Of a DNA stretch of 64,000 nucleotides, positions 1-7,670 are shown one piece after another. The notes beneath the pieces are model-generated. The model saw nothing but the letters and a program-made list of their open reading frames with translations. It had not been told where the DNA came from and searched no databases. Positions within the stretch are counted from its first letter, which is position 1, and each line of letters begins with the position of its first letter. A program made the position numbers and the translations under genes. Source of the DNA: a virus (Duplodnaviria; Caudoviricetes); the IMG/VR virus record IMGVR_UViG_3300025358_000002, positions 1 to 64,000 of that record; one strand, given 5' to 3'.

Positions 1-2
1 CT

Positions 3-965
3 CCAGGATCTCCTATTCTTACTCCAGCAGCTCCTGGTGGTGGTCAAGGCGGTGGTGGTCAATCACCAATTTATAGAATGCCAAAAGATCCAACGCCTCC
101 TCCAGGATCTCCTATTCTTACTCCAGCTCGTCCTACTCCAGCAGCTCCTACTCCTACTCCAGCAGCTCCTATTAATACTCCAGCTCGTCCTACTCCAGGA
201 GCTCCTACTCCTACTCCAGCAGCTCCTGGTGGTGGTCAAGGCGGTGGTGGTCAATCACCAATTGAAGATATTGAAAGCAAAGCTAAAAATGCTGCCGCAG
301 ATACACGCTGGTTTAATGGTTCCTCAGAGAGTATCCTCGCAAGACTAGACAGATTGCAGGACATCCTTGACACTACAAGGACTGCCGCTAGCCAGCCAAA
401 CGTTAACACGACGGATCTCGAGCGTTACGCAAACATCATTACTGAGCTTGGTGCTGAAAAGGAAACTTTGGAAAAGATTGCTTCAGAGTATGTAGACTTT
501 GACACCGAACAATACCTCAACAACCTTCCTGGTGGCACAATTGCCAAGGAATACCGTTTGAGCAGCGCAGGCACTTTTGACATTGGCGAAGATGACGGAA
601 GCCTCCTGTACCGTACCGCTGCTTCTCTAAACAGCGAATACGAATACGCAGACTGGATCAACTTTGTTACTGCTGGTGCTGAGGTGTGGGTAGAAGACCA
701 GAGCCACCACCTTCTTGACAGCCACCTTAATACTCGTGAAGCCGCTGTTTACTATGTAGAGCGTAAGACACTGCCAATCCTAGATGTTGAGAAGCGCGCT
801 GCTATTATTGACAATTTTGTCGACAATGTAGAAATCTGCCGCAGAGCAAAGAAGGAAGGTAGCGCCTTCCATGCCATCAAGTCTGCTAGAATCAACAAGG
901 TTGCTTCCAGCTTGAAAGAGCAAAATATTGATCAATCATTTGGGGATAACCTTAACTGGTTGTAA
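3..965 (+). CDS. 5'-truncated hypothetical protein with Pro/Gly repeat region; putative internal head protein
   Basis: Frame is open from nt 3 (PGSPILTPAAPGGGQGGGGQSPIYRM...), so the ORF-track start at 78 is internal; C-terminal globular part has several [KR]xA motifs. Confidence 0.75.
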   Translation, partial: PGSPILTPAAPGGGQGGGGQSPIYRMPKDPTPPPGSPILTPARPTPAAPTPTPAAPINTPARPTPGAPTPTPAAPGGGQGGGGQSPIEDIESKAKNAAADTRWFNGSSESILARLDRLQDILDTTRTAASQPNVNTTDLERYANIITELGAEKETLEKIASEYVDFDTEQYLNNLPGGTIAKEYRLSSAGTFDIGEDDGSLLYRTAASLNSEYEYADWINFVTAGAEVWVEDQSHHLLDSHLNTREAAVYYVERKTLPILDVEKRAAIIDNFVDNVEICRRAKKEGSAFHAIKSARINKVASSLKEQNIDQSFGDNLNWL

Positions 966-967
966 CA

Positions 968-1474
968 ATGGATAAAATCTGGAATGGTTTTAGGGTTGTA
1001 GGTGCCGTAGAAGACGACACCATTGAAAAGCCCAAAACACCGCCTCTTGCCACAGAATTACAAAAATTGTTGGCTGATGTCGCATTGTTTTATCACACGG
1101 TTCACGAATTCCACTGGAATGTTGTTGGATTAGATTTTTACGAATACCACAAGCTATTTGATGAAATAGTGAGTGATGTATACGAAAGCATTGACCCTAT
1201 TGCAGAAAATATCCGCAAACTTGGTGGTCGTGTAAAGTACAGCATGAGCAACCTCGTTGGCATTGCCAGCTTGCAAGAGGTTGAAGAAGGAAGCGTCGAA
1301 GCAAGAAGCTTGACATATGAGTTAGTTCAGCTAAACTCTAAGCTCATTACTACTTTAATGACGACATTTGATTTAGCAAACAAATCCAACCAACAGGGCA
1401 TCGCCAACTTCCTTGCTGAGCGCATTGACATGCATCAGAAGTGGGATTGGTTCTTAAAATCTTCTATTAAATAA
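968..1474 (+). CDS. dps: Dps / ferritin-like DNA-protection protein
   Basis: Dps signatures HEFHWNVVG-DFYEYHKLFDE and IDPIAENIRKLGG; C-terminal HQKWDWFL. Confidence 0.9.
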   Translation: MDKIWNGFRVVGAVEDDTIEKPKTPPLATELQKLLADVALFYHTVHEFHWNVVGLDFYEYHKLFDEIVSDVYESIDPIAENIRKLGGRVKYSMSNLVGIASLQEVEEGSVEARSLTYELVQLNSKLITTLMTTFDLANKSNQQGIANFLAERIDMHQKWDWFLKSSIK

Positions 1475-1704
1475 TGGATAACGTTTCTATTAACATCGGC
1501 AATGTCGTTGCCATTCTCACAGCTATTCTTAGCGAGCAAGAAGATCTCGCGTACGAAATGGTACTTGATAGTGACCCAATCGAGCTGTTCAGCGCACTTA
1601 CTGGTATTCTTCTTAGTTCATTAAACCGTTTGTCGCAATTGACAAACGTTACAACAGATTCCTATCTAAAGGATCTGGGAATTCTAGCTTATAAAACACA
1701 ATGA
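1474..1704 (+). CDS. hypothetical protein
   Basis: TAATG coupling with dps, ATGA overlap with next gene. Confidence 0.7.
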   Translation: MDNVSINIGNVVAILTAILSEQEDLAYEMVLDSDPIELFSALTGILLSSLNRLSQLTNVTTDSYLKDLGILAYKTQ

Positions 1705-2000
1705 GCGATTTTATAGAACTACCAGATGGAATCAGTTTAAATCGTCGTAATAACGATTTTTACATTGAATTGGAATATGAATTAATAGAAACAATTAAAT
1801 GCAACAAATGTCCAGTTGCATACGAGAGCTTCCTCATGTCTAATGCCAGCAGACATGAGGGACAAATTATGATACGGCCCTCTAACAATAACGTGTGGAA
1901 AAATACGTTATCTAAGGACCGTAATAAAGCGTTAAAGAATTTGCAATATACTTTAACTTTAAAGTTTGACAACCATAAGCAAAGGTGTAATAATGATTAG
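1701..2000 (+). CDS. hypothetical protein (AT-rich, one CxxC)
   Basis: Coupled ORF in operon. Confidence 0.6.
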   Translation: MSDFIELPDGISLNRRNNDFYIELEYELIETIKCNKCPVAYESFLMSNASRHEGQIMIRPSNNNVWKNTLSKDRNKALKNLQYTLTLKFDNHKQRCNND

Positions 2001-2157
2001 GTACAGCACACAACCGAAGAAGAGCGCCCACGTTTTGACTGACAGCCCGACAGCACCAATTGTTACAACTGGTGACGTTCGTGGTTTGCTCGGTACAAAA
2101 GAAGACGAGAAATCTCGAACTTTGTTGGACCTCGACGCGGATGACAACAACGAATAG
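1993..2157 (+). CDS. small hypothetical protein (MIRYSTQPKKSAH...)
   Basis: ATG 1993 after AAGGTG; fills the gap between neighbours. Confidence 0.55.
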   Translation: MIRYSTQPKKSAHVLTDSPTAPIVTTGDVRGLLGTKEDEKSRTLLDLDADDNNE

Positions 2158-3022
2158 GACAACTGTGACGAAACAACTGGCTGAAAAAGATCCAGCAACA
2201 CACATTGTAATTCCTGATACTCAAGCCAAAGACGGAGTCCCCACCGACCACCTTACTTGGATTGGTAACTATATTGTGGAAGAATTCCACAACCAAGATG
2301 TAAAGATTATTCACCTTGGTGACCATGCTGACATGCCAGCCCTTTCAATGTACGACAAGGGCAAGAAGAGCATGGAGGGTCGACGTGTCAAAGCAGACAT
2401 TGAAGCTGCAAACGAACACTGGCGCATCCTCAACCAACCGTTATACGATTATAACGATAACAAGCGCAAGAGCAAGCACGCTATATGGAATCCAGAGCGT
2501 CACATACTCCTTGGTAATCACGAAGATCGCATCAACAGAGCAACAGAAATGGATGCTCAAATTGACGGGTTGTTTAGCACTGACGATCTTGATTACGCAA
2601 GAAGCGGATGGAGAGTAAGCCCGTTTAAGAAAATTTTGTGGTTGGATGGAGTGGCTTACAGCCATTTTTTTTATAATCACATGACGGGTGTACCTTACGG
2701 TGGTAACATTGATACACGTCTCAAGACCATTGGTCACTCATTTACAATGGGTCATCAGCAAACATTCCTTTACGGTATGAGATACGTCAACGATAGCAAT
2801 GAACCTTACTCACAGCACGGCCTTGTAGCTGGTGCATGCTATTTGCACGACGAAGATTACAAGGGGCCACAAGGCAACGCACACTTTCGAGGTATTGTTG
2901 TGAAGCACGGTGTACAAAACGGCAGCTACGACATTCAGCAGATCTCTCTTGATTCTTTGTGCCGTAGATACGAGGGCATGGGCGTAGAACGGTTTAAAAA
3001 GCTTAAGTATCCGCATATGTAG
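2141..3022 (+). CDS. calcineurin-like metallophosphoesterase
   Basis: Motifs IPDTQ, HLGDHADM, LGNHEDR, YSH, GHQQ; start chosen at ATG 2141. Confidence 0.85.
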   Translation: MTTTNRTTVTKQLAEKDPATHIVIPDTQAKDGVPTDHLTWIGNYIVEEFHNQDVKIIHLGDHADMPALSMYDKGKKSMEGRRVKADIEAANEHWRILNQPLYDYNDNKRKSKHAIWNPERHILLGNHEDRINRATEMDAQIDGLFSTDDLDYARSGWRVSPFKKILWLDGVAYSHFFYNHMTGVPYGGNIDTRLKTIGHSFTMGHQQTFLYGMRYVNDSNEPYSQHGLVAGACYLHDEDYKGPQGNAHFRGIVVKHGVQNGSYDIQQISLDSLCRRYEGMGVERFKKLKYPHM

Positions 3023-3025
3023 TAT

Positions 3026-4246
3026 ATGGATAAAAATCCTCAACAACAAAGGAAGAATTTCCGCTGTGTCTTTAGCCCGTATGTGACAAAAGACAACCGT
3101 GAAGGCGTGATTCGTTCTATCATGTCACAGTTTGAGGGATATGAAGCAGATCCTGAAGTTACTGAGCATGGCGATGGGTTTACCCTCAGCTTGATGCTAG
3201 GACCGGAACTCAACGCTACTCTTGCAAGAGATAAGATTTTATGGAACAGGTTCGTTGAAAGTGTCAGCGCAGCTGAAGCTATCCGTAAGATTCAGATCCT
3301 GCGTCTGCCAAAAGCAGGTCTAATGGACTTTGGCGGCGATCGTCTTCCAGGTGAAGGAAGTGTTGGTGGCTTTGGGCCACAAGTAAATCCAATGACCGGC
3401 AATACTGGTGTTGATGAAAAATTAAACATTGATCTTAACCGTGCACCTAAGTACCAGATTGATGGAGACCCGAATGACACCCTTGGGCATCACGCCAGTG
3501 TCAGAAAGTACGCTGATCCAACAGATCTCGGTTCTGAAGACCAAGCGTTTGTTCATGGGCTTACCCCAGCAGATCTTACGAGCGATGCTAACCGTTTAGA
3601 GACGGGTGAACAAGATCAACTTGCAACAGGTCGTGCTTCTTTGCCAAAAGTGCTTTCTAGTTTTAAGAGAATTGCTATTGACACTGATGCAGGTAGTGCA
3701 TTTACGTTAAACGAGCCAAATGGGTTCCAAAGCGTTAACGATGCACCTCGAAGTGGTGGATTACACGAGAAGGCTACACCAGCTACCGGTATTGGTGGCG
3801 GTGCTCCTATTAGCGGTGCTAGCTGGTTTGTAACGCAACCTGGCAATGAACAAGGAACCGACCTTGGTACTGAGCGTAACAAGAATTACGACCTTTCTTC
3901 TTCATCAGCACCTCTTGGTGGCATTACTGCAAAATTTAAACGCATCTCTATGGAATCGCCAGCAGAATCTGAAGCAAAACGAGAAACAGAGCAAGAGTTT
4001 GGCGCAGAACCAAACATTCTGAGTGTAGGCACAACGCCAAACGTAGCAAACCCATATGGTCACACTGCATCTGTTCTTGACGGATCTGAGCATGACGAAG
4101 AGCAGGGTATTAAAAGAGAATATGGATCAACCCTAGATATGCTCGGAGTGGGTGAGCATCCACTTGCAGGTGCTGCTTATGGCTCCTTGTTTGGGATTAA
4201 CGAAACATACGATTACCAAGGTGATATAGATGACTACAACCTATAA
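3026..4246 (+). CDS. hypothetical protein, putative internal head protein
   Basis: 406 aa; acidic segments separated by RKYA, KRIA, KRIS, GHTA motifs. Confidence 0.7.
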   Translation: MDKNPQQQRKNFRCVFSPYVTKDNREGVIRSIMSQFEGYEADPEVTEHGDGFTLSLMLGPELNATLARDKILWNRFVESVSAAEAIRKIQILRLPKAGLMDFGGDRLPGEGSVGGFGPQVNPMTGNTGVDEKLNIDLNRAPKYQIDGDPNDTLGHHASVRKYADPTDLGSEDQAFVHGLTPADLTSDANRLETGEQDQLATGRASLPKVLSSFKRIAIDTDAGSAFTLNEPNGFQSVNDAPRSGGLHEKATPATGIGGGAPISGASWFVTQPGNEQGTDLGTERNKNYDLSSSSAPLGGITAKFKRISMESPAESEAKRETEQEFGAEPNILSVGTTPNVANPYGHTASVLDGSEHDEEQGIKREYGSTLDMLGVGEHPLAGAAYGSLFGINETYDYQGDIDDYNL

Positions 4247-4778
4247 GGTTTACGAAGCGGGCAAAGATCCAGTAAAGTACGTGCCAGGAGATTTTATCCT
4301 GGTTTCGACCAAGGGCGTCCTTGCTAAATTTATCCGCTTTGGTCAATTCATCCGTTATCACGGAAAAATGAAACCCTTTGCTCACTGGAACCATGCTGCC
4401 ATGGTTATCAATGAGAATGGCGACATTGTCGAAGCTGTTGGTCGTGGTGTCGTAATCAGCAACATTAGTGAGTACACAAACCAAGAGTATTACTATGTTT
4501 CTACCAAGCTGAACAAGCAGAGCCGTGATCAGACGATTGCTGCTTGCAACAGCTTTGTTAAAGACAAGTACGGGTGGCTTACCATCCTAAGTATTGCATT
4601 GGAGTTGGCAACTGGTATTAAGATGCAGTTCACCAACAGCAATACCATGATTTGCAGTGCTGTAGTAGCACAATCCCTATGGGCCGGTGGAGTAGTATTT
4701 GACCGCAACCCATATCAAATGATGCCTGCTGATTTGGCCGCATCTTTTAACATTCTGACGAAATTGTCAAATACTTGA
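4230..4778 (+). CDS. permuted papain-like amidase (YiiX/YebB-type NlpC/P60)
   Basis: PGDFILV, WNHAAMV, IVEA..GV, KYG, ICSAVVA: His precedes Cys (permuted order). Confidence 0.8.
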   Translation: MTTTYKVYEAGKDPVKYVPGDFILVSTKGVLAKFIRFGQFIRYHGKMKPFAHWNHAAMVINENGDIVEAVGRGVVISNISEYTNQEYYYVSTKLNKQSRDQTIAACNSFVKDKYGWLTILSIALELATGIKMQFTNSNTMICSAVVAQSLWAGGVVFDRNPYQMMPADLAASFNILTKLSNT

Positions 4779-4803
4779 TTTTTTGCGTTTTATGCAATAA
4801 ATT
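4775..4803 (+). promoter_or_regulatory. putative sigma-A promoter driving a leaderless mRNA
   Basis: TTGATT-17 nt-TAAATT; ATG 4810 lies 7 nt after the -10; no SD. Confidence 0.45.
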
Positions 4804-4809
4804 GATAAT

Positions 4810-4977
4810 ATGCAAAAAGCTACAATTACCATCAGTTATGATGCCCGTGATTCCCAGAGCGAAGAGCTCGCTAGCCAAGAGATCAGCGAAACTATCGCTG
4901 GACTTCTCAACAGCTTGCGTACTCAAGTAAACGGCGTCCAGGTAACCGTGAAGTTCCAAAACAACAAGGAGAAATAA
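4810..4977 (+). CDS. small hypothetical protein, 55 aa (MQKATITISYDARDSQ...), not in ORF track
   Basis: Read manually; TAATG coupling to the next gene. Confidence 0.65.
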   Translation: MQKATITISYDARDSQSEELASQEISETIAGLLNSLRTQVNGVQVTVKFQNNKEK

Positions 4978-5336
4978 TGTCCAATCCACTGAACACAACA
5001 ACAACTAGAGCTACAGGTCGTGCTTTTGTTGCTGCTATCGTTGGTGCTTTGATCGCTTGGGGTGCAACCAAGTGGGGTAAGTTCAACACCGGTACGTTTG
5101 CAGCACTTACGCCCGTTGCTTCTGGTCTGTACTACACAGCAATTACAGCTTTGGAGAAAAAGTACCCCAACCTCGGTTGGTTGCTTGGTACCCTTCCTCA
5201 GCCTAAGGCACCTGCTGTGTTCCCTACACCGGAGCCCACACCTGCTCCAGCACCAGCTCCTGCTCCAGCTGCCGCAAAGGCCCCTGCTGCCAAGAAGACA
5301 GCTGTTGTAAAGAAGGCTGCTCCTAAGAAGAAGTAG
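4977..5336 (+). CDS. membrane protein, holin-like, with Pro/Ala/Lys tail
   Basis: Two hydrophobic helices, then LEKKYPNLGWLLG and a basic C-terminus; SD AAGGAG. Confidence 0.6.
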   Translation: MSNPLNTTTTRATGRAFVAAIVGALIAWGATKWGKFNTGTFAALTPVASGLYYTAITALEKKYPNLGWLLGTLPQPKAPAVFPTPEPTPAPAPAPAPAAAKAPAAKKTAVVKKAAPKKK

Positions 5337-5343
5337 TTCTTAG

Positions 5344-5416
5344 TCCCTGGTAGCTCAATTGGCAGAGCAACGCACTGTTAATGCGTGGGTTCCTGGTTCG
5401 AGTCCAGGCTGGGGAG
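5344..5416 (+). tRNA. tRNA-Asn(GTT)
   Basis: Cloverleaf: acceptor TCCCTGG/CTGGGGA, anticodon arm ACGCA-CTGTTAA-TGCGT, T-loop GTTCGAG; CCA not encoded. Confidence 0.93.
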
Positions 5417-5420
5417 CAAA

Positions 5421-5510
5421 GGATCGATGGCTGAGTGGCCGAAAGCACCGGTTTGCTAAACCGGCGAGGTGTTAAAGCCTCCGGTGGTTCGAATCCACCT
5501 CGGTCCGCCA
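5421..5510 (+). tRNA. tRNA-Ser(GCT)
   Basis: Anticodon arm CCGGT-TTGCTAA-ACCGG, long variable arm GAGG..CCTC, GTTCGAATCC, encoded CCA. Confidence 0.95.
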
Positions 5511-5511
5511 T

Positions 5512-5582
5512 TCTGGGGTAGTGTAAAGGTAGCACCGGAGTCTTTGGAACTTCTAGCCCTCGTTCGACCCGAGGCCCCAGAG
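5512..5582 (+). tRNA. tRNA-Gln(TTG)
   Basis: Acceptor TCTGGGG/CCCCAGA, anticodon arm GGAGT-CTTTGGA-ACTTC, T arm CCTCG-TTCGACC-CGAGG. Confidence 0.9.
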
Positions 5583-5583
5583 C

Positions 5584-5618
5584 TTTTGTTGAAGGTTCGA
5601 TCCCTAGTCCCTCAGCCA
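5584..5618 (+). pseudogene. 3'-half tRNA remnant (T-arm, acceptor strand, CCA)
   Basis: GAAGGTTCGATCCCTAGTCCCTCAGCCA with no matching 5' half. Confidence 0.6.
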
Positions 5619-5714
5619 AATTACACCATTTAAAAGTATCTTCTTCTTGTATGAGGTAGTGAGCGGTTTATGCTCATGTCCAGCGCCCTATTTGGCAAAG
5701 CAAGGAATAACACG

Positions 5715-7661
5715 ATGGCTTCGTTGTTTGATTATGATGAAAAGGAAATTGAAGTTCTTAGTGCGCATGTTGCTGGTAGCAAACTTGCAAACGCTAAGAA
5801 CGAATTGCTTGCAAACAAGCACGAATTCCTATTTCAGGCTCACTCACGTCGTGACCTTGCCAACCGCTTAGATCGTTACCAAGACGACATTGATATCATT
5901 GTCAATCGTAGACTTGCCAACATCCAAGACTCTAGAATCAAACTTGTACGATCAGTATACGATGAGTGGTCTATTCGCCACGCCAATTGTCAGATGTGCA
6001 AAATCGCTGCTGATACTGCTGCTGAAAAAGCAAAAGCAGATGCTGCTGCAAAAGCGAAAGCAGAAGCACCTAAACCTGCTCCTAAGCCTGCAGCACCAGC
6101 AACCAATGCACTTGCTGCTCCTTCTACTACTTCTACGCCCACAAAGAACAATCCTCTTGTTCCATCAGTAGGCAATCCGCTTGGAGCTGATGCCACTGGT
6201 AAGCCAGCTGTTACTCCTTCAACGTCAACATCAAACACGACACCTACTGTTAAACCTGGTACTACTCCTGCAGCTGGCACAGAAACTATTTCAAAGTCGC
6301 CAAGCACTACGCCTATTAAGGCTCCTGCTGCACCTGCTCCTAAACCAGCTCCTGCTGCACCTGCTCCAAAGCCAGCTCCTGCTCCAAAGCCAGCTCCTGC
6401 TCCTAAACCAGCTCCTGCTGCACCTGCTCCAAAGCCAGCTCCTGCTCCTAAACCTGCACCTGCTCCTAAACCAGCTCCTGCTGCACCTGCTCCAAAGCCA
6501 GCTCCTGCTCCTAAACCTGCACCTGCTCCTAAACCAGCTACTCCTACAAAGAATCCTGCACCGACCAATCCAATGCAGCCTGCTACTCCTGCGGGTAAAG
6601 CAATTGACAATGCTAAGAAAACGCTTACTACTCCTACAAAGAATCCTTTGCCGCCAGCAAACAACAACACTCCTGCAAAAAAGCAAGCACCTACACCGCA
6701 GGGCACCCCAACTGGATCACCGACTAAGACTGGTCCTGGCAAACCCAACGGCGTCAACAACACTCCTGCAAAAAAGCCTGCTACTCCTGCGGGTAAAGCA
6801 ATTGACAATGCTAAGAAAACGCTTACTACTCCTACAAAGAATCCTTTGCCGCCAGCAAACAACAACATGCCGCCTAAAAAGCCAATTGGCACATCTACTG
6901 GTGGTCAAGGCGGTGGTGGTCAAATTAAAACTCCTATAAAACAAAATACTTCAACAGGTGGTCCTGGTGGCTCCGGTGGAGGCGGTGTGCTTGGACCAAC
7001 TACTGGTGTTCAAAGTTCGCCTGGAACAGGCTCAGGTAATAAAGATATTAAAACTACTCCATCAGGTACTGGTGGTGGTGGTAAAGGACCAAATATTAAC
7101 ATTCTTGACCACCAAACAAACGGTGGTGGATCCGGTGGTGGTACTGGGATTTCAACAGGTCCAGGATCCGGTAGTAATGTAGACCCATCTATTAAAACTA
7201 AGATTGAAGATCCTAAAAAACAAATTACTACTCCATCAGGTACTGGTGGTGGTCAAATTAAAACTCCTCCTACTCCATCAGGTACTGGTGGTGGTCAAAT
7301 TAAAACTCCTCCTACTCCATCAGGTACTGGTGGTGGTCAAATTAAAACTCCTCCTACTCCATCAGGTACTGGTGGTGGTGGTCAAATTAAAACTCCTCCT
7401 ACTCCATCAGGTACTGGTGGTGGTCAAATTAAAACTCCTCCTACTCCATCAGGTACTGGTGGTGGATCCGGTGGATCAACTGATCAACCACAATCCGGAC
7501 CAACCGCAATGGGTGGTGGATCCGGTGGATCAACCGCAATGGGTGGAGGAGCTCCTGGACAACCTCCAGCGGGCGAAGCATTTGTACAGAACGGCGCAGA
7601 ACTACTTAGCCGTACGTCCATGAAAATTAGTAGCATCAGAAGCTATCTAATCAATAATTAA
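5715..7661 (+). CDS. low-complexity Pro/Ala/Lys/Gly repeat protein, paralog A
   Basis: SD AAGGA before ATG 5715; ~95 aa N-domain and C-terminal 12 aa shared with 7671-9413. Confidence 0.8.
   Translation: MASLFDYDEKEIEVLSAHVAGSKLANAKNELLANKHEFLFQAHSRRDLANRLDRYQDDIDIIVNRRLANIQDSRIKLVRSVYDEWSIRHANCQMCKIAADTAAEKAKADAAAKAKAEAPKPAPKPAAPATNALAAPSTTSTPTKNNPLVPSVGNPLGADATGKPAVTPSTSTSNTTPTVKPGTTPAAGTETISKSPSTTPIKAPAAPAPKPAPAAPAPKPAPAPKPAPAPKPAPAAPAPKPAPAPKPAPAPKPAPAAPAPKPAPAPKPAPAPKPATPTKNPAPTNPMQPATPAGKAIDNAKKTLTTPTKNPLPPANNNTPAKKQAPTPQGTPTGSPTKTGPGKPNGVNNTPAKKPATPAGKAIDNAKKTLTTPTKNPLPPANNNMPPKKPIGTSTGGQGGGGQIKTPIKQNTSTGGPGGSGGGGVLGPTTGVQSSPGTGSGNKDIKTTPSGTGGGGKGPNINILDHQTNGGGSGGGTGISTGPGSGSNVDPSIKTKIEDPKKQITTPSGTGGGQIKTPPTPSGTGGGQIKTPPTPSGTGGGQIKTPPTPSGTGGGGQIKTPPTPSGTGGGQIKTPPTPSGTGGGSGGSTDQPQSGPTAMGGGSGGSTAMGGGAPGQPPAGEAFVQNGAELLSRTSMKISSIRSYLINN
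6320..6540 (+). repeat. coding tandem repeats PAPKPA / PAAPAPK
   Basis: Repeated cctgctcc(t/a)aa(a/g)ccagct units. Confidence 0.85.
6577..6867 (+). repeat. 93-nt direct repeat (6577-6669 and 6775-6867)
   Basis: Identical copies encoding PATPAGKAIDNAKKTLTTPTKNPLPPANNN. Confidence 0.9.
7230..7465 (+). repeat. 42-nt coding tandem repeat (TPSGTGGGQIKTPP), about 5.5 copies
   Basis: actccatcaggtactggtggtggtcaaattaaaactcctcct repeated; one copy has an extra Gly codon. Confidence 0.9.
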
Positions 7662-7670
7662 AGGAATAAA

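Noticed and set aside
5584-5618. tRNA fragment as an attP site
   Set aside because: No integrase in the window and no host sequence to compare
5990-6939. Long alternative-frame and antisense ORFs (300 aa minus strand, Leu/Gln-rich plus strand; also 37-348 and 7204-7623)
   Set aside because: Shadows of low-complexity repeats in the real gene; no SD or independent features
7230-7465. Regular 42-nt repeats resembling a CRISPR array
   Set aside because: No unique spacers, in-frame coding repeat, no cas genes
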